Source of the DNA: Cenarchaeum sp.
GTDB lineage: Archaea; Thermoproteota; Nitrososphaeria; Nitrososphaerales; Nitrosopumilaceae
Assembly: GCA_963693095.2 (NCBI GenBank)
Contig: OY843768.1
Coordinates: 1,600,001 to 1,664,000, forward strand
Direction of reading: 5' to 3'
Length of the DNA: 64,000 nt
A model generated the notes under the pieces. It was not told the origin of the DNA and made no database searches. It saw nothing but the letters and a program-made list of their open reading frames with translations. This document shows, piece by piece, positions 39,013 to 50,500 of this stretch; positions within the stretch are counted from its first letter, which is position 1; every line of letters begins with the position of its first letter. The position numbers and the translations under genes were made by a program.

Positions 39013-39270
39013 CTATGCGAGCAGCTCTAGCCGTTCCACGTCGAATCCCTTGACAAAGCGCCACTCTTGCTCTATTGGAGTGGCCGGCTCGAAGACCATC
39101 TCGTCACGCTCGATCATGCCGATCCTCTCGGCCTCGGCAATTACCTCCCATACCTCCTCCTCGGAGAGCGGCCCCTTGAGCCGCGTCATGATCTCTGCAG
39201 CAGACGCAGAGCCATAGAACTGTAGGCCGCTGGCGATGACCCCTAGGCCGTCACGTTTTGCTGGGTTCAT
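39013..39270 (-). CDS. ~85-aa repeat-family protein, copy 4
   Basis: Paralogy; 258-bp ORF. Confidence 0.75.
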   Translation of the reverse strand: MNPAKRDGLGVIASGLQFYGSASAAEIMTRLKGPLSEEEVWEVIAEAERIGMIERDEMVFEPATPIEQEWRFVKGFDVERLELLA

Positions 39271-39492
39271 TGGAAAGCAGTGTGCTGTTGCGCCTATTAA
39301 GCCTAATGCGCGCACGCAGGCGTGGACACGAACCCACACGGGCAGGGCGCAATGCAGGAGCGTGTAGGTGCAGAGGTCTCGGTAAACCCCACAGGGACCT
39401 CCGCGTTGTCTCCATGCGGCCATGGGTGCCCTAGATGCACGCCGTACAGATGTAGGCATGCCGTTAGGATTAGCTGCGTGCAGAGAGGTTGA

Positions 39493-40314
39493 TCAACAAC
39501 ATTCAATGTGCACGGGTCCGAGGGAGGAGTACGTTTCAATCAGATCTTTTGTGTGAGACTTGGAGGGCGGTGTCTTATAGTAAAAAGTGATCTCAAGTGT
39601 GTCCTTTTCAATCGGTGTCCCGTTTTCTAAACGAATTTCATCCTCCAGATAGCGCACGCTCTTGGGTCCCTGGATAACTTCTGGATGCGCGATTGCGAAA
39701 ACTGATGTATATGTGAGCGGAGACGCACGTTTTCTGTACTGGTCGGTGACTTTGATGCGATATGACACGGGACGGTATATGAACCAGGAGGACTGTGTGA
39801 TCGAGGTTGCCACAAAATTATGATAGATTGAGTGAAACTTGCCCAGAGCCAACATGCTCTTGAGTTCTCCATAACCCCCTATAAAGCGCGAGAGTACAGT
39901 TGCGTTTGGCCACGAGTACCAGAGCGAGGCGTTGTATGCCGCCGCAAGCTCCTCACAGTCACGGACTACTAGTCCCAGTTTATGTGTTTGATATAGGTCA
40001 TTTAGGCGACTGTTGCGCTCGTCAACTTCAGACGATGGAACCAATGGGCGGTGAACGTCGCTGATTTTTAAAACTGCTGATGGCCTGTTCTCACAGCGTG
40101 ATGTGGCATGGATAAATTTCTCCTGGGCGGCATCGCACAGCCGGAGAAACTCTGGAATGCGCCTATCTGGGTCAAGGCCATGCCGGAGAACCAGATCCAG
40201 GATCACGTCATGGCGCAGTGTGGCGCACGTGCAGGGAGACGCCCTGATCGCAGCGTCTATGTGGGGAGACAATGAGGCGATCAGGTTGCGATCACGCAAA
40301 TTCGGCGGGTTCAA
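39493..40314 (-). CDS. ~275-aa protein, putative ADP-ribosyltransferase-like, full copy 1
   Basis: TVLSRF / FVATS / LEDEIRL; TTTTATA upstream. Function inferred from motifs only. Confidence 0.6.
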   Translation of the reverse strand: MNPPNLRDRNLIASLSPHIDAAIRASPCTCATLRHDVILDLVLRHGLDPDRRIPEFLRLCDAAQEKFIHATSRCENRPSAVLKISDVHRPLVPSSEVDERNSRLNDLYQTHKLGLVVRDCEELAAAYNASLWYSWPNATVLSRFIGGYGELKSMLALGKFHSIYHNFVATSITQSSWFIYRPVSYRIKVTDQYRKRASPLTYTSVFAIAHPEVIQGPKSVRYLEDEIRLENGTPIEKDTLEITFYYKTPPSKSHTKDLIETYSSLGPVHIECC

Positions 40315-40584
40315 TGGCAGTGCCAAAAATTGCCGATATAAAATACCTGTGGACTGATCGCAAAGGTTTCTCGTTTTCAGCCTTGATTATTGGCTGGATC
40401 ATGGCGATGCATCAGGGCCGGTACGGGCCATATTGCCTCGCACGGCACACATTCTAGGGATCCGTTCACGGACACGGCCTCATTTCAGCACTGAGCCATC
40501 GGCCAGGGGCGATCACGCAAGACTGCCCCGCACAGAGTCTGCCCAAAGCGCACCCCGGCAGGGCTGAGCTCACACGTCGCCCAA

Positions 40585-40692
40585 GTATGTCAGCACCCCT
40601 GGCCCATTTTGTCAAATAGGCGCGATCCTGTCTATCTACTTGTCACTGCGGCGCCTGCCTAGGCATGAACGGCAGGGGTGCTGACCTCATAC
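40585..40692. mobile_element. IS66-related MITE, copy 2 (inverted)
   Basis: GTATGTCAGCACC...GGTGCTGACCTCATAC; interior matches copy 1. Confidence 0.7.
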
Positions 40693-40947
40693 GAATGTGG
40701 GCACGGCGTCCCGCGCGTCTCGCATTTTGGCATGTGACAGAACGCAGGCGGCGATCAGGGGCGTGCTCTAGTGCCCCCCTCTGGCTGTCTCTTGCCTCTC
40801 CCCCACTCCGTCGAGTTGGGCCCGGCGCGCCATGGCCGGATTGCCGTGATGCTATCGTTCCACCCCGATCTGTGTCCTGCGGGGTATTCTGCCCCCGCTC
40901 CCACTTTATGCGCAAGGTGGCAAAAACAAGAGGGGGGTAGAGTCCAC

Positions 40948-41205
40948 CTATGCGGGTAGCTCTAGCTTTTTTACGTCGAATCCCTCGACGAGGCGCCATT
41001 CCTGTCCCTCCGGCGTGGCCGCCTTGAAGACCATCTCGGCGCGCTCGATCATGCCGATCCTCTCGGCCTCGGCGATCACGTCCCACGCCTCCTTCTCGGT
41101 GAGCGCTCCCACGAGGTGCGTTATGAGCTCGGTCGCTGGCAGGGGTCCAAAGATCTTTAGCCCCTTCGCAACGACGAACAGCCCTTCTTGCCTTGCTGGG
41201 TTCAT
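40948..41205 (-). CDS. ~85-aa repeat-family protein, copy 5
   Basis: Paralogy; 258-bp ORF. Confidence 0.75.
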   Translation of the reverse strand: MNPARQEGLFVVAKGLKIFGPLPATELITHLVGALTEKEAWDVIAEAERIGMIERAEMVFKAATPEGQEWRLVEGFDVKKLELPA

Positions 41206-41315
41206 CAGAGCCGTTACGGCTGTGGCTTTATTAAAGTCTAATGCGTTAATGTGGGCTGACCCATGTTCAAAGACAAGTGCACAATGAGCAAAAACAAGAG
41301 GGGGGTAGAGTCCAC

Positions 41316-41573
41316 CTATGCGGGTAGCTCTATCTGCCCCACGTCGAATCCCTCGACGAGGCGCCATTCCTGTCCCTTCGGCGTGGCCGCCCTGAAGATC
41401 ATGTCGGCGTGCTCGATCATGCCGATCCTCTCGGCCTCGGCAACGACATCCCATGCCTCCTCTTCGGTGAGCTTTCCCACAATGTGCGTCACGAGCTCAG
41501 TCGCCGGCAGGGGTCCATAGATACTCAGTCCCCTCGCGATTACTCGCAGTGCATCTTGCCTTGCTGGATCCAT
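41316..41573 (-). CDS. ~85-aa repeat-family protein, copy 6
   Basis: Paralogy; tandem period about 365 bp. Confidence 0.75.
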   Translation of the reverse strand: MDPARQDALRVIARGLSIYGPLPATELVTHIVGKLTEEEAWDVVAEAERIGMIEHADMIFRAATPKGQEWRLVEGFDVGQIELPA

Positions 41574-41678
41574 CAGGGTTCTCACGGTTGTGGCATTATT
41601 AAAATCTAGTGCGTGAATGAGGGCATGACCCAGGTTCAAAGACAAGTGCACAATGAGCAAAAACAAAGGGGGGTGTAC

Positions 41679-41936
41679 CTATGCAGGTACCTTTAGCTGC
41701 TCCACGTCGAATCCCTCGACGAGGCGCCACTCCTGTCCCTCCGGCGTAGTCGCCCTGAAGACCATGTCGACGCGCTCGATCATGCCGATCCTCTCGGCCT
41801 CGGCAATGACATCCAATACCTCCTTTTTGGTGAGCTTTCCCACAGTGTGCGATATGAGCTCAGCCGCCGGCAGGGGTCCATAGATACTCAGTCCCCTCGC
41901 GATGACTCGCAGCGCATCTTGCCTTTCTGGATCCAT
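41679..41936 (-). CDS. ~85-aa repeat-family protein, copy 7
   Basis: Paralogy; nearly identical to copy 3. Confidence 0.75.
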   Translation of the reverse strand: MDPERQDALRVIARGLSIYGPLPAAELISHTVGKLTKKEVLDVIAEAERIGMIERVDMVFRATTPEGQEWRLVEGFDVEQLKVPA

Positions 41937-42055
41937 CAGAGCCATCACGGTTGTGGGATTATTAAAATCTAGTGCGTGAATGTGGGCGCCCCAAAACCGG
42001 AGATAAAAGCACGTAGAATGTGGCACGCAAAAACAGGAGAAGGTAGGAGTTTTGC

Positions 42056-42313
42056 CTATGCGGGTATCTCTAGCTTCTTTACGTCGAATCCCTCAACGAG
42101 GCGCCATTCCTGCCCTTCCGGCGTGGCCGACTCAAAGACCATGTCGGCGCGCTCGATCATGCCGATCCTCTCGGCCTCGGCAATGACATCCCACGCCTCC
42201 TTCTCTGTGAGCTTTCCCACGAGGTACGTTATGAGATCAGCCGCTGGCAGGGACCCATAGATCTCCAGTCCCCTTGCAACGACTAGCAGCCCATTGTGCT
42301 TTGCTGGGTTCAT
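42056..42313 (-). CDS. ~85-aa repeat-family protein, copy 8
   Basis: Paralogy; 258-bp ORF. Confidence 0.75.
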   Translation of the reverse strand: MNPAKHNGLLVVARGLEIYGSLPAADLITYLVGKLTEKEAWDVIAEAERIGMIERADMVFESATPEGQEWRLVEGFDVKKLEIPA

Positions 42314-42535
42314 CAGAGCCACTACGGCATGAGATTATTAAAATGTAGTGCGCTAATGTGGGCACGGGTGCCCTGCGCACCCCACATTTTGGCACATGGC
42401 AGGAGCATAGGCACGCCTACCACGGCGGGGAGCTCGTTGATGGGTCATCTTGCGGCGGTGTGGACAAGAGTCCTCAACAGGGATATCTCGCCATGCTGCC
42501 CTGCAGTTCCTCGATGCGCACAACTCCAGCATAGC

Positions 42536-42884
42536 CTACTCAAAGCGCACCGGCCCTAGGGGCGCATACTTTTCAATGATCTCCCCTGGCCGTGACTTGG
42601 AGATTGACACCCTGGAATGAAAAGTGATCTCAAGTGTGCCTTCTTCAATCGGCGTTCCGTTCTCCATCCGTACCTCATCTTCCAAAAGATGAAAGCTCTT
42701 GGATCCTCGTAGAGTTTCTGGATGCAGTATTGCAAAAGCAGATGTGTATGAGAGTGGGAACAAGCGCTTTCTATACTGTTCAGTGACCTTTATGTGATAT
42801 GACACGTCACGGCGGTTTAGCCATGAGGATTGTGTAACCGATGTTGCCACAAAATCGTGTCCGTTCGAGCGAAACTCACGCGTT
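42536..42884 (-). pseudogene. C-terminal fragment of the ART-like family
   Basis: REFRSNGHDFVATSVT...LEDEVRMENGTP. Confidence 0.7.
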
Positions 42885-42985
42885 TCTGATTGGCATCTTT
42901 GAGAACAACGACTAGCCGACGCCCAAAGCCAAAAAACCAGTGCGCAATATGGGCAAAGCGGGCAAAACAGAGGGTGGGGGTTTGC

Positions 42986-43243
42986 CTATGCGGCTATCTC
43001 TAGCTGTTTCACGTCAAATCCCTTGACGAGGCGCCACTCCTGGTCCTCCCGCGTGGTCGTCCCAAAGATCCCCTCGTCGCGCTCGATCATGCCAATCCTC
43101 TCGGCCTCGGCAAGTACGTCCCATGCCTCCTCCATGGTGAGCTGCCCCACGATGTACGTTATGAGCAGAGCCGCTGGCAGGGAGTCATGGATCCTCAGTC
43201 CTCGCTCAATGAATAGCAGCCCATCCTGCCTCGCTGTGTTCAT
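42986..43243 (-). CDS. ~85-aa repeat-family protein, copy 9
   Basis: Paralogy; 258-bp ORF. Confidence 0.75.
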   Translation of the reverse strand: MNTARQDGLLFIERGLRIHDSLPAALLITYIVGQLTMEEAWDVLAEAERIGMIERDEGIFGTTTREDQEWRLVKGFDVKQLEIAA

Positions 43244-43453
43244 CAGGGCCATTACAGCTAGGGCATTATTAAAGTCTAATGCGTCAATGTGGGCACGAGT
43301 GCCCTGCGCACCCTGCATTTTGGCACACGGCCGGAGCGCAGGCAAACAGACCGTGGTGAGAATTCATTAATGGCTCGCCCTGTGGCTGCGGGGCCAAGTC
43401 CCCGGCAGGGATATCGCGCCATGCTGCCATGTGGTTCGTTGGCGTGAATGACT

Positions 43454-44287
43454 CTAGTCTAGCTTAAAGCGCACCGTTCCTAGGGGCTTATACTTTTCAA
43501 TGATCTTTTTAGGCGACAAATTGGGAATTGACACCTTGGAATGAAAAGTGATCTCAAGCGTGCCCCCTTCAAGCGGAGTTCCGTTCTTCATCCGTATCTC
43601 GTCCTCCAAAATTCGAAAGCCCTTGCGCCCATGTAAAATTTCTGGATGCGGGGTTGCAAAAACAGATGTGTACGTGAGAGGAAACATGTGCCTTCTATAC
43701 TGTTCGGTGATTGTTATGCGATATGACACGTCGCGGTAGCTTAGCTCGTCGGAGTAAGTGGTCGATGCTGCCACAAAGTCGTGTCCGTTTGAGCGAAACT
43801 CGCGTGTTGCCAACATGTTGTCAAGCTCCGCAACACCCTTCACATAGCGCAAGAGCGTGGTTGCATTAGCCCATGAATACCGGAGTGAGGCGCTGTATGC
43901 GACTGCAAGCTCCTCGTAATCACGAACCTTCTTGTCGAGGCCACATCTACCGTATAGGCTGTTTAGATACTCGTTGTGCTCGTCCATCCTGGATGCAGAC
44001 ACGGAGGGCTGGTAACGTTTGTCTGCTAGTGACCTCATTTCCGGATAGCGCGTATGGCCTGATGCGGCTTGGGCAAAGTTCACATAAGCGCCTTTAGATA
44101 GATCCCGAAACTCTCGAGTGCGTCTCAGTGGGTCAAGACTATCGTCAAGACCATATTTGAGAACCAGATCCAGGATCACATCAGAGCGCAGTGTGGCGCA
44201 CGTGCAGGGAGACGCCTTGATCGCAGCGTCTATGTGTAGAGACAGTGAGGCGATCAGGCTGCGATCACGAAAATTCGGCGGGTTCAA
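43454..44287 (-). CDS. ~275-aa protein, putative ART-like, full copy 2
   Basis: TLLRY / FVAAS / LEDEIRM. Confidence 0.6.
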   Translation of the reverse strand: MNPPNFRDRSLIASLSLHIDAAIKASPCTCATLRSDVILDLVLKYGLDDSLDPLRRTREFRDLSKGAYVNFAQAASGHTRYPEMRSLADKRYQPSVSASRMDEHNEYLNSLYGRCGLDKKVRDYEELAVAYSASLRYSWANATTLLRYVKGVAELDNMLATREFRSNGHDFVAASTTYSDELSYRDVSYRITITEQYRRHMFPLTYTSVFATPHPEILHGRKGFRILEDEIRMKNGTPLEGGTLEITFHSKVSIPNLSPKKIIEKYKPLGTVRFKLD

Positions 44288-44572
44288 TAGCAGCGCCAAA
44301 AATTGCCGATATAAAATGCCTGTGGGCTGATCGCAAAAGTTTCTCGCTTTCTGCCCCAATTATTGGCCGGAACGTGGCGAGGCCTTGCGCGCCCTGTCTC
44401 TTCTCGTCCCCCCTTTACTTGCGTGACTGCGATGCGATCCAGTGCACCCCCTGCGATAATGTCCGGGCGCTAAACGCGTGAACCCTAGACTGCGCCAGTG
44501 CTGAATGCTCACCGCACGGAACTCCAAACGGGTCTGTAATCGAGAGGGGCCTGCTCCCCCTTGCAGGAACGC

Positions 44573-47500
44573 CTATTCGCGTATCGAGTCTAGTATGCGC
44601 TCGGCGAGGTTGATCTCTTGGGCGATGTCATCGCTCAGGCGCTCTAGGCGCGGAATGAGGACCATGTCGTCGTATGGCGAGGTGACTGCCTCGGGCACGT
44701 CATCGACCTCGATGGCGACGCCCATCTCGGCCATGATCTCCATGGCGATCTTTTCCTGGCGATCGAGCTCGACTGCAAAGAGGTCCGAGGAGCGCTCGGC
44801 GCCGTGCGTGCGTATGCGCGCATCAGCATACATCGAGTCGTCTATCTCGTGGTATAGCGAGTAGAGGTTGCGCAGCGGCGCGTACGTCCCGTCTGGCGTG
44901 AGGCGCCAGACCGAATAGTTCTCGTCTAGCATGTACGTGACGTGGCGCTCGTCATAGTCGTATATCCCGTCGCCGTCCTCATCAACGTGGGCCGATATGA
45001 GCGGGAAGAGGACGAGCTCGCCGCCGTTGACCTCGACTCCGCGCGACGGGTTTAGCGACTCGCCGTCGACGTGAACGCCGTGGTTGAAAAAGTTCTGCCA
45101 CGAGTTTAGCCTCGTGTCCCAGATGCTCGTCGAGACGACATCAAAGTCAAGGGGCTCGCGGAACGTGTGGTATATCGTGACCTCGAGGCACTCGGCCACG
45201 CTGCCGCGCATACAGTCAGTCCTTTCTGCCGTCGCGCGCAGCGTTTCTGCGTCTATGGCGCCTGATGCGTCATCGAGTGAGACAGAGAGCGCTCCGGTGT
45301 GGGAGATGTCAACGCTGATGCCGGCTTCGGACTCGGCAAAGTGCTGCCCGCGGCCAAGTCCAAAGGCCAGGCCCGCGTGGGCTATCCTCGAGACTCCGCT
45401 GTCCTCGTATATCTTTAGCACGGCGACGTTCTCGACGCCCGTCTCTACCTCTATGAGCGGCATGGGCGTGTAATAGTACTCTACGTCATGGACCTCGCCG
45501 TTGTACGTGAACCCTCCGGAGACCCTGCGCTCTCCGGTCGAGTCGATGCCTAGCGTCGGTGACGTGCAGTCATCACAGCCCGAGCCGCCCCTGCTGAGCT
45601 GCTGCGAGCTGGCGCCAAAGGGCGTAAAGTGGTTCGTCCATATGTATAGCGTGTCGCTGCCGCGCACAAAGCACTCTGCGTCGTCCGTGCCCGTACCGCT
45701 CGCGACGTTGGGGGCGCCCATGTGCGGGCCGACCTCTGAGGTGTCGACCGTGTCGACACTCGAGTCTTCGCACTCGTCTATGGCGTGCAACACGTCATCT
45801 GTTCTCGTCATCGTGTCAGTGCCCTCGATGTAATAGACATAGAGCGAGCTCTCTGCGCCACGAATACCAATCCTTGCTGGCTCGGAGAGCACCACTTTGC
45901 GCTCGGCGCTTCCCGCGTCAACTACGCTCAGCGGTGCCCTAGTCGCCAGCGCCCTAGTCGCGCGCTCAGAGTCATCTCCGTACTGCACGTCCTCTAGGAG
46001 GCTCGTATAGTACGCTGTGGTTCCCGTCTCATGCCCGGCTTCGCGCTCGAGGAGGGCCAGCATGGGCACGTCGTTCGCATCTGTGGGATCGTCAAGACCC
46101 AAGGCCTCTGTGTCTTGCGCGAGCAGGACCTCCACGTCTGGCGCCTGCTGCGGCGCGTACAGGATGGTGTCCGTGAGCGCGCCGCCTGCGGCAGTCAGGC
46201 CCGTGCCGCCCAGGCTGACGATGGGATCGCCGTTACCGGAGCCTGAGATGGGCACGGGGGCTGTGCCGAGGAAATCAAGTGTGAGCAAGTCAAATCCGCT
46301 GACCCCCAGCCTAGCACCAGAGGTCGACGCGGGGTCTGGGCGCGCCGGCGGCTGATCCCACGAAATTGGATTGTGTGACAGGTCAGTTAGGGACGTCGCG
46401 TCGGGAGTCCCGCTTCCCTGGTCAAAACTGATCTCAAAGCGTGCACCGACGTCATGGCCGGTGGATGATACGGGACAGACTAGCTCAGAATTCTCGATGT
46501 CGCAGTGTGCTTGGGCGAAATTGATCCTTGTGTTCATCAAGAGCGTGCCGCTGGCGAGATCGATGTGTTCGGCTATCGTGGTGTTGCGGTATAGCCGAAT
46601 CGTGGACGTGTCGAGTGCGTCGGCCTCGTCATAGTACAGGGCGAGCCACGGATCAGAGTTGCCCATGCTATCGGTTCTCACGAGGACTGCTGCGTTCGTC
46701 ACGCTCGGGGGCACGTTGTCCATGCGAACCTCGTCTTCAAGGATCATCAGCATAGCCTCGTTGCCTGCCTCATCAGCCTGCATGAGGATACTTGGCTTAT
46801 AGACTGCATCAAACAGCTCCATGTCTGCCCTTTCAGGAACCGTGAACTCGTGGGTCCACTCCATCATATCGCTGCCGTCGACCTCTGTCATCACCGGCTC
46901 GGGGATGCGGAACTCTGCGGACACGCGTGCGCCGGCCTCACCGAGTGTTGAGCCAGTGCCCATTACGCTCGGCGCCATCAGGATGGGCTCGTTAAACGTC
47001 ACCATTGTTGTGATCGTGTCGCCGGCCTTTGACCTGTCCGTCGCACGCGTTGGATACATTGTTTGATCTATGGTGACGGAGCTGGCAGTTATCACCGGCG
47101 CCGTGTTGTCGACCCTAAAGCCAAGACCCGCGGTCGAATCGTCCAGGTCGGCCGGATCGTTTGAGAGCGTCGTGGATCGCCCATACTTGTCCATGACGGT
47201 GATGGTCCAGTCCACAGCATTGAATCCCTCCGCATGACCTTCAGGTATCACCGAGGTCGCAACATATGGGTCACTAGACGTGCCTGTTCCGCTCAGCGAC
47301 GTGGCCGCAGTGTCCGTAAAGAACGTAATGTCATCCTTGTCAAAGCCCACGAGGCGCTCGGGGGTCTCGTCCATGGTGAACGTCAGGGCGATCCCTCCGC
47401 CATCGCGGCCGACGCTTGACGTGTACTCGCCCGTGCTGCCAGCGAGCCTGCCCATCAGTGACTGTTCTGTGATTACAGGCGCCCTCGTGTCGACCCTGAC

Positions 47501-50500
47501 GATGGCGTTGCCGTCTGTGTATGTGCTCCTGTGCGAATAGATGGCAACGTTGTCCTCTGCATCAGAGACGCGGATGCCAAATGGCACGTCTGCGCCAGCG
47601 GCCCAGTCGCGAGCCGACTCGCCAGGGAAGTTGGGCGTGGCTGGCCAGTCGAAATGCCACATCCTGTCATTGCCAGTCTCCGTGCGTACCATGGGCCATA
47701 TCCTCTTCTCGGCGCGCTCAGACTCCGCCGGCACCGTCGTGAATGAAGTGAGCGTAGTAAAGAGCGCGATCGTAGGAACCGTGCCGGTCTTTTGATCCTC
47801 GTCGAGCGTAACGGCGAACCTTACGTCTACGACGGCGGGGTCTTCTGCTCGCGCAAACTGGCGGTCAGGAATAGGCAGCATCTCGGTGGCCGTTGTGGTG
47901 ACTGCGGTTGATATCGTCATGACGCGCGGCGGAGTCGAGTCCATCGTACGGGCACTGACCATCGTAGGAGCCACATTGTCGTACATGTCGGCAATGTCAT
48001 TCGTGCCGACATAGTGAACCACGGGGCGCAGGTCTGGCGTTGCTGCTGCCCTGTTGGGATCCAGACCCGTGAGGCCGCTTAGAGTCACCGTGAGTTGCGA
48101 GTTTGTGTCAATGTGTTTTTGGGCTTCCGGAAAGTCTTCATCCATCTCTACATCTAGGATGTGGTTTGGCGCACCGAACGCGAAAAATTCCGGCTGGACG
48201 AACGCCCCGAACGAGTGGGAGACTGTTGGCGTGACCCAGTCATCATCTGTGTCAACGTTGTCCATCATGTCCTCTGGCGACGTGTCCACACGCCAGTCGC
48301 TGGCATCAAGCACGGCACCTGTCATGAGCTTGACAGGCTCCCTGTAGATGACCTCGATCGTAGTCTCTGAGGTCACGCCGGCTATGAACTCGGGGGCAGT
48401 CGAGTCATGGACGACGATAAACTGGCCGTGGGGGGGCTCGTGGGGCGTTATGTAGGTGTTGCCAGCCACGTCAGCTATTCCAACGGGGTTATTCGATGTA
48501 AGACATATCCACCCAATGCGCTGGTCGACTTTCACATCCCTGGCTCCCGGACCGGCGGTGCGCAACGTGTTGCCGTCATTGCCTAGATGTGTTGACCCAT
48601 CAGCGTTGAGGGCGAGGCTGGTTGAGGTCGGGAGCCAGTCGGTGCCCGTAAAGCAGGCAGTGTCTGCACGCACTGCAGCACGATTGCCCGAAGGTGATGA
48701 GCCCTCGAGCTGGAGGTTTGCGCGCAGGGACGGGTTCGTTGCGGCCGTGCCGAGGGCATCACCTGCCATGCCGCTAGTGGTCACCGAGGCGGGAGACAGC
48801 GCCTCGCTGAACTCGAGAACTATTGCCTCCATGTCGTTGCCCGTCGTCAACGGCGTGAGGTCCCCGCGCGTGGGCAGGCCAACAAGGCGCGGGCTGATGC
48901 CGTCGGCGACTTCGAGCTCGTCGGCGATGCCAATCGTCATGGCCGACAGGGCGCCGACTTCTGAGGCGATGCGGCCGAAGTTCGATGTCGTCGGATCATA
49001 CTCGATGTACGGAGTCGACGCCGTGCTCGAGAGGGAGTCGTGCGAGATGCGCACGACGCCTATATCCTCGACGGAGGCGCCTGTTACCCTCACGCTCGGC
49101 CCGTCCCCAGGGCTGGCCGCGTCCGGATCGTCATCGCTGAGCGACCAGTGGGCGGATCGCAGCGTAGAGGAGCCGGGCGTGATCCTGACAGGCTCGCTGA
49201 ACGTGACGAGCGTATAGTCGCTGTGAACGTCGTCGGCGGGGTCATCTGGGTTGGCGCCCCTCGAGGTGAGCTCGGAGGCAGTTATTGCCGAGAGTATCTC
49301 TGGGGGAGCCGCGTCGGTGGCGAGGCCGCCCTCGTTTTGGGCGAGTCCTATGCCAAACTCGTTGCGGATCTCGGACGTCGAGGCGGTGTACGTGACAAAG
49401 ACCTTTTTTGTCGTGTCGCCAATGTTCGCGTCAGCCGGATCGAGTGTGAGCGTGAGCATGTTGCTAGCGAGCGCCGAGACGGCCGTGACGGCAATGTCAT
49501 CAGTCGTCGCCGACGTGCGTGCAGTCGGTGTCGCGTCAGCGGCGACGAGCTCGGCGGCCCAGTTTGTGAAGTCCAGGTTCGCGGGGGTGACGCCTATGCG
49601 CTCGACTGTGGAGCCAAAGGTGATGAGCACCTTGTCCTGCGCAGTCGTCACGCCGCTAAACGTTGGTCCGGGCGGAGTGGGCACCGATATGTCCTGCGTG
49701 TCAGGCAGGCGCTCCATGACCGCATCCATTATTGACGCCGTGGCTGAGGACGTGATCCTGACGGTGTGCATGGTGTTGGCGAGGTCTGCGGCGATCGGTA
49801 TCGTGACAGTCGCCGGCGTCGATGATGTTGCCGCCGTGTATGTCGGCGCCGTCGAGGAGGCCAGGTTCGTCGCGGTGTCGGCTATCGTGTACACCTCGTA
49901 CGTGATGCCCGTGCGCGTTGGGTCGGCGGTGGGCGCCTCGGCGAACGTGAGCGTTATCTCGCGCAGGGCCGTAATCGCAGCAGTCGGGATCGGCGGCGCG
50001 CCGTCAGTGGCTAGGGCCGCCGTGTTCTGCGCGAGGTTGCGCGCCAGCGTGGCCGCTGGAGGGGAAGAGACGATCTCGGACGTCGAGGCCGTGTACGTGA
50101 TAAAGACCTTTTTTGCCGTGTTGCCAATGTTCGCGTCAGCCGGATCGAGTGTGAGCGTGAGCATGTCATTGGCGAGCGTCGAGACGGCCATGACGGCAAT
50201 GTCATCAGTCGTCGTCGGCGTGCGTGCAGTCGGTGTCGCGTCAGCTGCGACGAGCTCGGCGGCCCAGTTTGCGACGTTCAGGGGGGTGGCGTCGACGCGA
50301 GCCACTGACTCGGAGAATTCCAAGTCCACCGTGTTGATGCTCGTAGTCGTCGCAGTAAAGGTCGGCGGCTGCGGCAGGGTGAGGCCGGTGATAAAGGCCG
50401 GCTTTACAATGATGTTTGTCGCCGGTATGTTAGGGCTCGCGGGGACGGTTCCGTGCTCGTTGCGGTCATACCACGTGAGTGGCGCAACGGCGCCGGTCGG

